In this document: positions 35,775 to 46,000 of the stretch, in pieces
Numbering within the stretch: position 1 is the stretch's first letter
Layout of the letters: each line of letters starts with the position of its first letter
Origin: an uncultured virus (IMG/VR IMGVR_UViG_3300042881_000982)
Taxonomy: Duplodnaviria; Heunggongvirae; Uroviricota; Caudoviricetes
Strand: one strand, 5' to 3'
DNA: 64,000 nt
Virus record (IMG/VR): IMGVR_UViG_3300042881_000982
Position numbers and translations under genes: made by a program
The notes under the pieces: model-generated
Databases searched by the model: none
Told to the model about the DNA's origin: nothing
The model's input: the letters and a program-made list of their open reading frames with translations, nothing else

Positions 35775-36673
35775 GCAACATTACGATTTTTGAAGAAGCA
35801 TCCGACCTGCCCACGGTACGCCGTGAGACGCGCCGCGCAGACAAGATGGGTGGTGGCACTGGCCTCCGTCGCATCGCTACCACGAACGCCGCTACCTTTA
35901 AGCGTGTCGTTGGTGGGGAGCAGATCGGTAAAGCTGTGCCGCACCAACTGGATGTCATCATCGTTGACTGGATGAAGGACGTGTCGCGTGAGTTCTACGT
36001 TAAGGCGTATGACCCAGACGCAAAAGCCACGCTGCCTGATTGCTGGTCGGGGTTGGGTGATAAGCCCGACGCCAAGGCTACCACTCCGCAGTCTGACTCC
36101 TGCGCCGCTTGCCCCAAGAACGTCGATGGTTCGGGCCAGAACGGTAAGGGTAAGGCTTGCCGCTTCAAGCGCCGCGTAGCGGTCCTCGTTGCTGGTGACC
36201 CATCAGGTGAAGTCTACCAGATGAATTACGCAGCGACTTCGCTGTTCGGTAAGAGCGTTGGTAACAACCATCCGTTCGAAGCCTACCGGAAGTTCCTGTC
36301 AGCCAATGGTGAAAACCTCGACACCGTCGTTACTCGGGTAATGTACGACCTTGAGTCGGACACCTCGAAGCTAAAGTTCAAAGCCATCCGCCACCTCACC
36401 GAGTTGGAAGCTGGTCTGGTTGATGCCGCACAGGACGATTCAGAAACCCAGCGTTATATCCAGCTTACGGCTGCTGCGATGGATGGGGCCAAGGCTCCTG
36501 CTGTTGCTGCTATTGCCGCACCTGCTGCGACTGCTAATCCGTTCGGCGACGATGACGAAGAGGAAGAAGTAGCACCAGTCAAACGGGCCGCAAAGCCTAA
36601 GGCAACTGCCGAGGTGAAGCCAGAACTGGCGGAAGTCCTCAACGAATGGCTTGATGATGAAGAAGAGGCTTGA
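35771..36673 (+). CDS. Putative single-stranded DNA-binding protein
   Basis: PDCWS, CAACP, GKACRFKRRVAV, acidic C-terminal tail (WLDDEEEA); between helicase and primase. Confidence 0.55.
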   Translation: MSNITIFEEASDLPTVRRETRRADKMGGGTGLRRIATTNAATFKRVVGGEQIGKAVPHQLDVIIVDWMKDVSREFYVKAYDPDAKATLPDCWSGLGDKPDAKATTPQSDSCAACPKNVDGSGQNGKGKACRFKRRVAVLVAGDPSGEVYQMNYAATSLFGKSVGNNHPFEAYRKFLSANGENLDTVVTRVMYDLESDTSKLKFKAIRHLTELEAGLVDAAQDDSETQRYIQLTAAAMDGAKAPAVAAIAAPAATANPFGDDDEEEEVAPVKRAAKPKATAEVKPELAEVLNEWLDDEEEA

Positions 36674-36675
36674 TT

Positions 36676-36903
36676 ATGCAGGGTTACACCATCCGCATAG
36701 CCAAGGGCATCAAGGAAGCCGATGGTAACCTCATGGGGGTAAAGCTTGGGCGAGTCTGTCTCGCCCAAGACATCCCTGTCGCCGCAGTAGCGGACGCATT
36801 TGGGGTTACACGGCAGACTATATACTACTGGTTTCTTGGAAAAAGTGAGCCAAGAGGACCTGCCTGTGAAGCTATCGAGGCGTATATAGCCAACCTCGCC
36901 TGA
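36676..36903 (+). CDS. Cro/XRE-like HTH protein
   Basis: VADAFGVTRQTIYYWFLG..EP. Confidence 0.7.
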   Translation: MQGYTIRIAKGIKEADGNLMGVKLGRVCLAQDIPVAAVADAFGVTRQTIYYWFLGKSEPRGPACEAIEAYIANLA

Positions 36904-36943
36904 GGTTTTTTAAAGAGCAAATAATAAGCGGGAGATTCCCGCG

Positions 36944-39799
36944 ATGGTGAGTGATGCAATGCAACAACCCGATCTTCTAGAACTTGTGCAGCCAGCCGAT
37001 GGCTGGTTCGCAATTACGAGCATAAAAGGAAGCGGGAAGAAGGCTGACGTCCGTCAGGAACTTGTAGCTACGCGAGAAGAAGTAGATGCTCTGGTTGAGC
37101 GCTATGTCAACGCTGGCTGGAATGTATTCTTTGGGGTCGCCAAGTACGCAACTGGCGACAACCGCACAAAGGAGAACGTGAAGGGGTTGAAAGCCTTTTG
37201 GCTCGATATTGATTGCGGCCCTACCAAGGCCGAGATCGACCCTAACACTAAACGACCTGATGGATATATTGACCAGAAGACGGCGCTCCAAGCGCTGCGT
37301 ACTTTCTGTAAGACAGTCGGTCTTTCTACCCCTACCCTCGTAAGCTCAGGCGGTGGCATCCATGCCTATTGGCCGCTTGAGGAAGAAATATCACGGCGTG
37401 ACTGGGAACCAGTGGCTGAACGCTTCAAGGCGGTCTGCCGCGCCCAGAACTTCTACGTCGATGACAAGGTGTTTGAAGTGGCGCGCATCCTGCGCATCCC
37501 CGGCACGTTTAACTTCAAGCAGGAAGAGCCACGTCCGGTTCAGTTTATCCATGTGGGTGAGACGACTACCATCGAGGCAATGCGCTCGGTCTTCGGTGTC
37601 AAGCCACAGGCGACAATCTTCGACGATAACTTCGAGATGTCGCCGCGCCAACAGGCGCTGATGAGCGGCGTGGATTATAACTTCAAGCGCATAATGGTCC
37701 GCACAGCCAAGGGTGATGGTTGCAACCAGCTTCTACACGCCTACAAGAACCAAGCCACTGTTGGCTATTACGAGTGGTTCTACGCGCTGTCCGTGGCTGC
37801 CATGTGCGGGGATGCTGATACAGCAGTGCACATGATGTCGAAGGGCCATCCGGACTACGACCCGGATACCATAGACAAGAAGGTAGCCACCATCCGGAAG
37901 GCGACAAGCTGCGCCAAGTTTAAGAGCGTCAACCCTGACCTATGTGTTGGGTGTCCGCATCTCGACAAAATCCTCGGCCCCAAGGAATTGGGTAAGGTCG
38001 TCAAGGAATCTGTTGAGGATTCGGTTGTAGTTGAGACGTCGCCCGGTGTGGTTGAAGAAATTGAAATCCCCAAGTACCCCTTCCCGTTCTATCGGGGCGA
38101 GAGCGGGGGCATCTGGCGTAAGCCACCCAAGGACGCGGAAGAGACTGACCCAATCATGGTCTACTCCAACGACTTCTATGTGGTGAAGCGGATGCACGAT
38201 CCGGGTGAGGGCGACTCCGCGTTGTTTCGCTTGCACCTACCACGCGACCCGTTGCGTGAATTTTCCATCCCGATGTTCAAGGTCACCCAGAAGGATGAGC
38301 TTCGCAAGGCGCTCTCCGCACGGGGTGTAGTTAGTTACGGCAAAAAGTTCGACATCCTCATGGACTACGTCATGAAGTCGGTCGAGAACCTCCAAGATAC
38401 ACAGAAAGCAGAAATCATGAGACAACAATTTGGCTGGGTAGACGGCAACAGCCGTTTCGTTTTAGGCGACCAAGAGATCACCGTTGAGGGCAACATCTAT
38501 TCCCCTCCCTCCAAGGCCACAAGCAAGCTGGCCAAGTTCGTCGGCCCAGTCGGGTCGCTGGAAAACTGGAAAGAAGTTTGGAGTCTTTACGGCGTAGAGG
38601 GTATGGAAGCACAGGCTTTCGCCGCGCTTAGCGCGTTCGGGTCTCCGCTGCTCAAGTTCCTCGACCAGACCGGAGCGGTTATCAACCTGTTCAACTCGCT
38701 CTCCGGTACCGGTAAGACCACCATCCTCAACATGGTCAACAGCGTCTATGGGCACCCCAAGGAACTGCGCCTCAAAGAAATCGACACCATGAACGGCAAG
38801 CTCCAGTGGGTTGGCGTTCTCAATAACTTGGCCCCCACGATGGACGAGCTTACCAACGTCACGTCGAAGGAATACTCGGACTTCCTATACTCGCTGTCCA
38901 ACGGCAAGGGGAAAGAGCGCATGTTGGCTGGGTCCAACGAACTGCGTGAGAACAACACCACGTGGCAGAGCATCACGGTCTCGACGTCAAACTCCTCGTT
39001 TGTCGAGAAGCTGTCGATATTGAAGGACAACCCAGAAGGCGAACTGATGCGCCTGATCGAGTATCCCATTGGGTTGGTAGAGACCGTCAGCACTGCGCAC
39101 GGTAAGAACCTATTCGACAAGGTGCTTTTCGCTAACTACGGCCATGCCGGACCTATTTACATCCGTTACGTGTTGGCGAACATGGAGTATGTGCTTGGTA
39201 AGTGCGCCCAGATGCAGGAGAAGATCGACCGTGAGCTTGGGTTGCTCCCCAAGGAGCGCTTCTGGTCGGCTACGCTTTCAGCCAACATCGTGGGTGGTAT
39301 GCTTGCCAAGCAGTGCGGGTTAATCGACTGGGATATGGACCGCATCTATATGTGGGCCTGTGGTCTGGTTGAGCGCATCCGCGTGGACACAGCGGCACCG
39401 TTGAACGGCGTGGAGCAAGTTATCAATGACTACCTCTATCGCCACGTGCAGAACATCCTCGTCGTTGATGACATGGCGGACCTGCGCACCAATATGCAAG
39501 CACTGCCGAAGCGCGAACCAAAGGGTGAGTTGCTAATCCGCATCGAGCCGGACACCAAGATGATGTTCTTTATCGCCAAGCCGTTCAAGGAATACTGCGT
39601 CAAATACCAGATCAACTACAACGACACGTTGGCCAAACTGGAGAAGCAGGGGCGGCTGGTGAAGCGTGACGGCAAGCGCCTATCCAAGGGTATGGCTGTC
39701 TCTGGCGGTAACGTACACTGTCTCTGGTTCAAGCTCGACGATGATTTTATCAAGGTGGATGAGTATACCAAGGAAGACAAATCGGAAGATGCAAATTGA
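36944..39799 (+). CDS. Primase-helicase (RepB-like primase + DUF927 / P-loop)
   Basis: FWLDIDCG, SSGGGIHAYW, RILRIPGT; QFGW, SGTGKTT, DELT, G.GKER; the true start may be ATG 36959. Confidence 0.85.
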   Translation: MVSDAMQQPDLLELVQPADGWFAITSIKGSGKKADVRQELVATREEVDALVERYVNAGWNVFFGVAKYATGDNRTKENVKGLKAFWLDIDCGPTKAEIDPNTKRPDGYIDQKTALQALRTFCKTVGLSTPTLVSSGGGIHAYWPLEEEISRRDWEPVAERFKAVCRAQNFYVDDKVFEVARILRIPGTFNFKQEEPRPVQFIHVGETTTIEAMRSVFGVKPQATIFDDNFEMSPRQQALMSGVDYNFKRIMVRTAKGDGCNQLLHAYKNQATVGYYEWFYALSVAAMCGDADTAVHMMSKGHPDYDPDTIDKKVATIRKATSCAKFKSVNPDLCVGCPHLDKILGPKELGKVVKESVEDSVVVETSPGVVEEIEIPKYPFPFYRGESGGIWRKPPKDAEETDPIMVYSNDFYVVKRMHDPGEGDSALFRLHLPRDPLREFSIPMFKVTQKDELRKALSARGVVSYGKKFDILMDYVMKSVENLQDTQKAEIMRQQFGWVDGNSRFVLGDQEITVEGNIYSPPSKATSKLAKFVGPVGSLENWKEVWSLYGVEGMEAQAFAALSAFGSPLLKFLDQTGAVINLFNSLSGTGKTTILNMVNSVYGHPKELRLKEIDTMNGKLQWVGVLNNLAPTMDELTNVTSKEYSDFLYSLSNGKGKERMLAGSNELRENNTTWQSITVSTSNSSFVEKLSILKDNPEGELMRLIEYPIGLVETVSTAHGKNLFDKVLFANYGHAGPIYIRYVLANMEYVLGKCAQMQEKIDRELGLLPKERFWSATLSANIVGGMLAKQCGLIDWDMDRIYMWACGLVERIRVDTAAPLNGVEQVINDYLYRHVQNILVVDDMADLRTNMQALPKREPKGELLIRIEPDTKMMFFIAKPFKEYCVKYQINYNDTLAKLEKQGRLVKRDGKRLSKGMAVSGGNVHCLWFKLDDDFIKVDEYTKEDKSEDAN

Positions 39800-39983
39800 G
39801 GGCGTAACCTACGAAATTAACTGGCGCGCATTCCGGAAGGGGGCTTCTATGTTCTTCCCCTGCCTCGACCAAACACGTGCTCGGACACAACTAATGGTGG
39901 TCCTCAAGCGACTACGCATCAAGGTGTTGGTCAAGCCCTCCATAGAAAATGGGATTAGGGGTTTACGCATCTGGCGAAAATAG
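39789..39983 (+). CDS. Small conserved basic protein
   Basis: MQIEGVTYEINWRAFRKGASMFFPCLD...GLRIWRK; overlaps the primase stop. Confidence 0.6.
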   Translation: MQIEGVTYEINWRAFRKGASMFFPCLDQTRARTQLMVVLKRLRIKVLVKPSIENGIRGLRIWRK

Positions 39984-39990
39984 GTATGAG
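39962..39990 (+). promoter_or_regulatory. sigma70-like promoter for the predicted sRNA
   Basis: TTTACG-N17-TATGAG, predicted TSS ~39997. Confidence 0.5.
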
Positions 39991-39996
39991 GGCTTC

Positions 39997-40071
39997 GGAA
40001 GTTTGCTCCTTCCAGTTGCTAAACGCATCACTCCCCGACCCCCGGTTGCTCACTCAGCCGGGGGTCTTTTT
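39997..40071 (+). ncRNA. Predicted trans-acting antisense sRNA targeting early-gene RBSs
   Basis: Hairpin GGAAG-UUUGCUC-CUUCC; GUUUGCUCCUU is the exact reverse complement of the AAGGAGCAAAC RBS; ends in a terminator. Confidence 0.6.
40037..40071 (+). terminator. Rho-independent terminator at the early/late convergence point
   Basis: GACCCCCGGUUG-CUCACU-CAGCCGGGGGUC-UUUUU. Confidence 0.85.
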
Positions 40072-43000
40072 ATTGTTTCTCGGTTTCGAGACGGCGCAGA
40101 TAGAGATCGCTTAGGTATGGGGTACTCTCATCCATTGGCAATCCACGAGTGCCATAACTTTCGACAGCGTTATTCACCGCGTTGTTTTGAACCTCGTAGA
40201 ACGAGTCTATCCCAATTACATGAGTCGGATAGGTCTGGTTGAACGTGACCCAATCCTTTACAATCTGCTGCTGCGCAGCATCTGTCTCTGGGGTACTGCC
40301 GTACTGGTAGCGGTCAAGCGCAGTCTTACGTAGTTTGTTCAGGAAGTCTTCACGGGCCTTCTTGACCTTGACGTCGATAGACTTGGCTTCGTAGTTTTGC
40401 TGCTGTTTCTGGCTGGCTTCGGTTGAAGCAAAACCAAGGGCTTGGAGGATAACTTTGTCGCTGCTCCAGAAGTCCTTGTCCATGCCGACCAATTCACGGG
40501 CATAATTTGTCTGGCCTTCGGTAGCGAAGCGGTTGGCCTTGGCGACGTTGCTGAACAGTTTTGGCGTTTTCTCCAAAGCACGGTTGGTGTAACCGTTTAT
40601 CAAGTCCTTACCGGCCTTCAGGTAATCCATGACCATGTTGCCAGCCGCCCCGGTCAGGGCGCTGAATGTGTACTCCACAACCTTGCCTTCTGGTGTCTCA
40701 GCCCGAGATTCCCTTGGCACAAAGAACAGGAAGTCGAGCGCCACTGAGTTGGATAGGTCGATATCAGTGATGGCCGAGATCGGTCCTTTCTCAACCGAAC
40801 GTGCCACAACTTCAGCGGTGTCATCATCAAGCCCGAAGAGATTGGCGACCGTGCCATCCGACCCAAAGAACTTGGGTATCCAGACGTTCCGGAACCACCA
40901 GTCAACATTATAGGTGGCCTTGATGTTGCCGTTCTCGTCGAGATAGCTGAGACCGCCTTCTTCCTCCTCGTCATCGCCAAACGCCCATAACAACATGCTA
41001 GCGATGGTGGTGGAGAGACCATACAACGGCACTCCGGTGAGACCTGCATAGAGGCCGATATTGAAAAGTGCGCCAGTCGCAGTCTGGATAGCAGCTTTCC
41101 GCTCTCCGGGTTCAAGCCCGCTAACCTTAATAGCCGTGTACATGTTCCGTGCCAGCAGCGACGTCATCATGTACGGGTAGCTCATGAACTGCCCCGCCAG
41201 ACGCCCTATCCCTGTGTTGAGGACACGTGGCTTGTTGTACGATGAGAAGTCGAAGGTAGCTGCTAGCGTAGTCTCCACAGCCGCTTCGATGGCGTTCTTC
41301 TTTGCTTCGGCGTGGGTCTGCCCCTTTTTCTTATTCTCCCGATACGCCAGTTCCAGCGCGGCCATGTAGGTAGCTTCGCGGTTCACGCGCTCCATCTGGT
41401 GCATGAGCGTACCCATGGCCTCGAAAGCGAAGGTTGTACCGCGCCAAGCAGCCGTGTGCACACGGCCTTTCATAAGTTCCTGAAGAGCGCTGCTCTGCTG
41501 GGGGTCAGCATTACCATAGCCGCCAATCTGGTTGGCAAAGGTATCCATCCAAAGGTTTAGGTCGCGGCCTTCGTTCCACCCTTCCGACAACACTTCGTAC
41601 AGTTCCGGATCGCTCTCTTCCTTGAGCGCCGAGATCGGGTTGTCGAGTAGGTTGGGCTGCTCCCAATCAAAGGTAAAACTGCCATCCTCGCGCTTGATTG
41701 CCTTCAACGGACTGGTGACGAAACCACCAAGGCTAGAGAAACCGTACTTGCTGAGAGCGGCAGTGGCCTTGGCCGACCCATATTTCTGGGCCAATATCGG
41801 GAGCGCCACAATGTGAAGCTGCGTAAGCTGAATAAGCGCAGTCTTAGGGTTAGCCAAATACTGGTAGAAGGCCATCTTATTACCAAGCTCGATAGCGCCC
41901 TCCCAATAAGGGTTGCCCCGCTCCGGTGGCATTAGGTCGCTCAACGTGCGGAGTTCGATCTCCTTGATGAAGACGTTCATCTTCTCACGGTCAGGCATAT
42001 CCTTGACCATATCCTTGGCCCGGGAAATCTCTGTTCGTAGCTTTTCCCCGAACTTAGCGCGCTTCACATCGTTAATGGATGCGCGTCGGAAGTTGGCAAA
42101 GTTTTTCAGGATGTCGGTGCTGTAACCAGCGCGCATCTTACGCGGAGCCATGTGCTTACGCATATCACCAGCCGACATGGTCTGAAGCCACAGATCAAAG
42201 ACTTGGCTTCTAAGTGCACCGAGGTCTTTCTGGTCACCCTCAAACAGGTCGAGGACTTCCTTCAGCGGACCACCCGCCATCTGTCCGAACTGGTTGCGGA
42301 GGTCTTCCACATTCCCAGTCTCGGTGACTTCCTCACCACGAGACTCCATTATCCGTACGAACTGGTTCCGTTGGGTTGAGGTCTCAAACAGTTTGAAAAT
42401 GCTATTAGCGCCCGTACCCACACGTGCGTAGTAGGAACCAAAGCGCATAGCTGGGAAGTAGATAACCTGCTCCCGTGCCGGTTTGAACTGCGCTTCGAGC
42501 TTCTCCAATGCCTCGTCGAGTGCCTCGTCTTTCTTGGTCTCCATGAGACGCGAACGCAGCGCATCATACTTGGCTTCCAAATCGCGCCGATGGCCATCCC
42601 GCAGGAGCTTAAAAATTTCACGGCCTTTACCGCCACCAAACTCCGGACGACCAAGATCACGCCAACCGATGACGCGCTCGTCACCGGGAACACCTACGTA
42701 GACGCTCTTGATATCTTCGAATCGGCGAGCGATTTTATCTTCGACCTTCTTTTTACCTTTGGCGTCACCAACCGTGACGTTCCCCAGTTCGGTCTGAAGC
42801 TCCTTGGTTTTCTTGTCGAGTTTGGCATACGCCTCAGGCGTAGCTGCCTTGGTCGGGTCCACCTGATATGCCACAGTGGCGAACTCAAGGTCCGATAGAG
42901 CCTGTGCGGCCTTCGGATACTTCTTCAGGAAGTCAGCGACCTGCTCCAACTCATCGGCAAGCTTTAAATATTCCTTGGTCTGGAACCGAGTGATATCCTG

Positions 43001-46000
43001 CTGAGTGATCCGGTCAGCCTCAGTAAGACCCGGAATGCGCCCCTTCAAAACACGGAAAATATCTTCGGTCGAGAGGGTAGGCAGGATCAGTTGCCACTTA
43101 CCAATATCAACGGTGTCAATGGCCCCACGCAGTAGCGCCCAGTTTTCCTTGTCACCACGTGCCAGTTTAACGAGGTCAATCCCATCGCTCAGAACGTCAG
43201 CCGTATCGTTAGTAGCCGCAATCCGCTTCTGGATACGGTTCATCTTAGTCCGGATAGCCTTGGCCTTTGCCAGTGCCGTGCGCTTCTGCGCTTCGGTTAG
43301 GACAACCGGCTTACCATTGGAAACGACCTTGGGTTTTCTAGGTGCGGGCGCACTCGGACCACCAGTGGCGGGCGGAGCCGTAGGCGGGATAGGCGGCGCA
43401 CCCGGAGGAGCCGCAGCAGGAGGAATCTCGGACGCAACCTCTGCGGGTGCTGGTGTAGCAGTAGTTTCCTGTACAGGTTCCTGTACAACTGGTGCAGCAG
43501 TTTGCGCTTCGGCGACACGTTCCTGCGCCCACTGCGCCCCAGCTACACGCGAGAGGGCTACATCGCCGCCCTCAGATGGCCCAAGGGGGATTTTTGCATT
43601 GTCGAGACCGTAGGTTTTAAGCGCGTCGGAGTAGGACATCGGTTCGCGGCCATTGCGGATGTCATCTACACCTTCAAGGAACGCGTCTTGGTCGAAGTCA
43701 CGGTCTTGTGCCTCGGAGATAGCAAAGCTTTCGAGGTTCGTTAGGATTTCCTGTGGAGTAGCCGCAGCCGCTGGCGTGATAGTAGAAGGTGCAGCAGTTG
43801 GGGCCGGACGCACCATGGTGCCGTCAGGTTGCTCTTGGAAGCCAAACCCGCTGTACCACTCGGTAAGCTCAGTCGGCGTCATCTCTTTACCTACTTCAGC
43901 CGCAAATGGCTCAGGGCTAAGCTGAAGCTCGGTGCCGTTGGTGTCTGCCACCTTGGTAAGCTGCTCCATGGCCTTACGGCCACCACCCGTCTCGACTGCG
44001 CGCAGGCTGTCCACCTTGAGGATATTATCCGCCAAGGGCGTAAGCTGGATGCCACCACCTTCGATCAACACCTCATTGGTGTTGTCTGGGTTAACCGTGC
44101 CAAGGCCAGCCATGTCATTTACGGTGCGCACTGCGGGCGGAGCCGGAGGAGTGGGTGTAGGCTCAACCGTAGGCGCAGCCATCTCAGGCAGCGGCGGGAG
44201 CGCAGCCGTCTCGGGCGGGGCCGCTATATCAGGCGCAGCCGCCACAGGTGGAGGCGTAACAGGCGCAGCAGGTGTAGCCATCTCGGGCGGGGCCGGAGGC
44301 GTAACGGGCGCAGCAGGTGTAGGCGCAGCCGCCACAGGCGGAGGCGCAGCTTGAACGGGTGGTGGGGGCGGAGGTGTAGGTGTGATACCCACTTCACGCG
44401 CACTGGCTTGGGCTAATGTCGGGATAGGACCAGCAGTAGGGGTAGGCGCGGCAGCGGCTTCAATGGCAGCCTTAACAGGAGCCACAGCCACTTCGTCAAT
44501 GGAAGGCGCAGCCGGAACAGCGGGCGCGGCCATAGGTTCAAACGCGGGCACGGGCGTAACCGGTGCGGGACGCTCTATACCTGCTACGTTATACACAATA
44601 TCGACAGGATCAAACTGTTTGCCACGACTGGCCGCAGTCGCCATCTGGCGGGCGGCTTGGGTGTACTTGCCCTTTGGAAGCGCTTGAAGTTCAGGTGTGT
44701 CAATCACGATATCCGACACAAGCTGCTGTGCAGCCGAAGTGCGCTCTGACAATGTGGGGGCTTCCATGACCGGCGTGATGTCAAACGTAGGCGTAGGCGT
44801 GGGCGTGGTTATTTCAGGCGCAGGTGCAGCCGTTAGTGGACTGACTCCCGCTCCCTCGCCAACATCAGGAACTGATACGCCAGAAACAGGCCGCTCCAGT
44901 CCTCCTCCGACAATTTCTCCAGCGTCTGTAACACTGGGTGAGGGCGGCGCGGTTCCGATATCAGGAGCAACGCCTGCTCCAACTCCTCCGACGACATCCA
45001 TTCCGGTATCAACATCGGATACGACATCGGCCTCTCCTTCTACGCCAAGCATAGTGTTAATGATTGCTGTGTCGTACAGCTTACCCGCGTCCTTAACGGC
45101 TTGGTTGAAGGCTTGGCGTTGAGTTAGGTCAGGGTTCTGGTCACGCAGTGCCTGCGTCTCAACGGTAATTAAGCGGTAAAATTCCTGCTCAACATCCGGA
45201 GAATCTGCAAATGATGTCTTGTTGGTAGCCTCGGCTTTGCCCCGATTAAGCGCGGCACTAACGGCTTCTACGCCTCCACGGAGACTACCACCCATACCCC
45301 CACCAACAAGCGCGCCAAACGCCGCCTGCTCAAACATTTCTCCAGCGTCGATGTCGTTACCAGTTACAAGGCGTGGGTTAGCGTATTCAATGGCTGACTG
45401 GATGGCTTCAGTGCCACCTTCAAGCATCGTCGCCTTACCAATCCGTCCGAGGACAGTCTTGGCTGGGGTAGCGAAAATACCGGCCAGACCTAATTGATCC
45501 AACGCGGTTACCGCGAGCGCTCCGGGAGCAACTTTAACTAAATCTGAAAACTCTACGTCTTGCCGACCTTCTAGCTCTGTTGCTTCCCGAGCTTGACCAC
45601 CAAAAATATTTGATATCCCTAAACCGGGTAGTGGGACAGCGGCAGCGAGAGTACCGGGTATAGCACCTGCTATACCTTCAACCACATAGGGTATGGCGTT
45701 GCGTAAGAAGTCTCTCTTTACGTCTTCCTGAGTGGTTTCACCCTTTATCTCTATACCTTTATCGGCTGCAAAACGTCGAGCTTCTTCCGTGAATTGTTTT
45801 TTGAGTTCAGGGTCGGATTCGATAGCACGCTGGGTATCTTTTATATTTGCTGTCGTAGACAGAAGCCCCCGGGAGAAGAAATCCCCAAGGCGGTCGAAGA
45901 AACCAGTTTGAGTTTTGATATCCTCCAGTGCACCGCGTTGCCCAAGCTCTTGCAAATACGCAGCGCGCTCACGGTCGCGTTTGATCGCACCTTGGCGGTC

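Noticed and set aside
39949..40242. 97-aa plus-strand ORF over the sRNA
   Set aside because: It crosses an intrinsic terminator and overlaps the convergent 2056-aa gene antisense.
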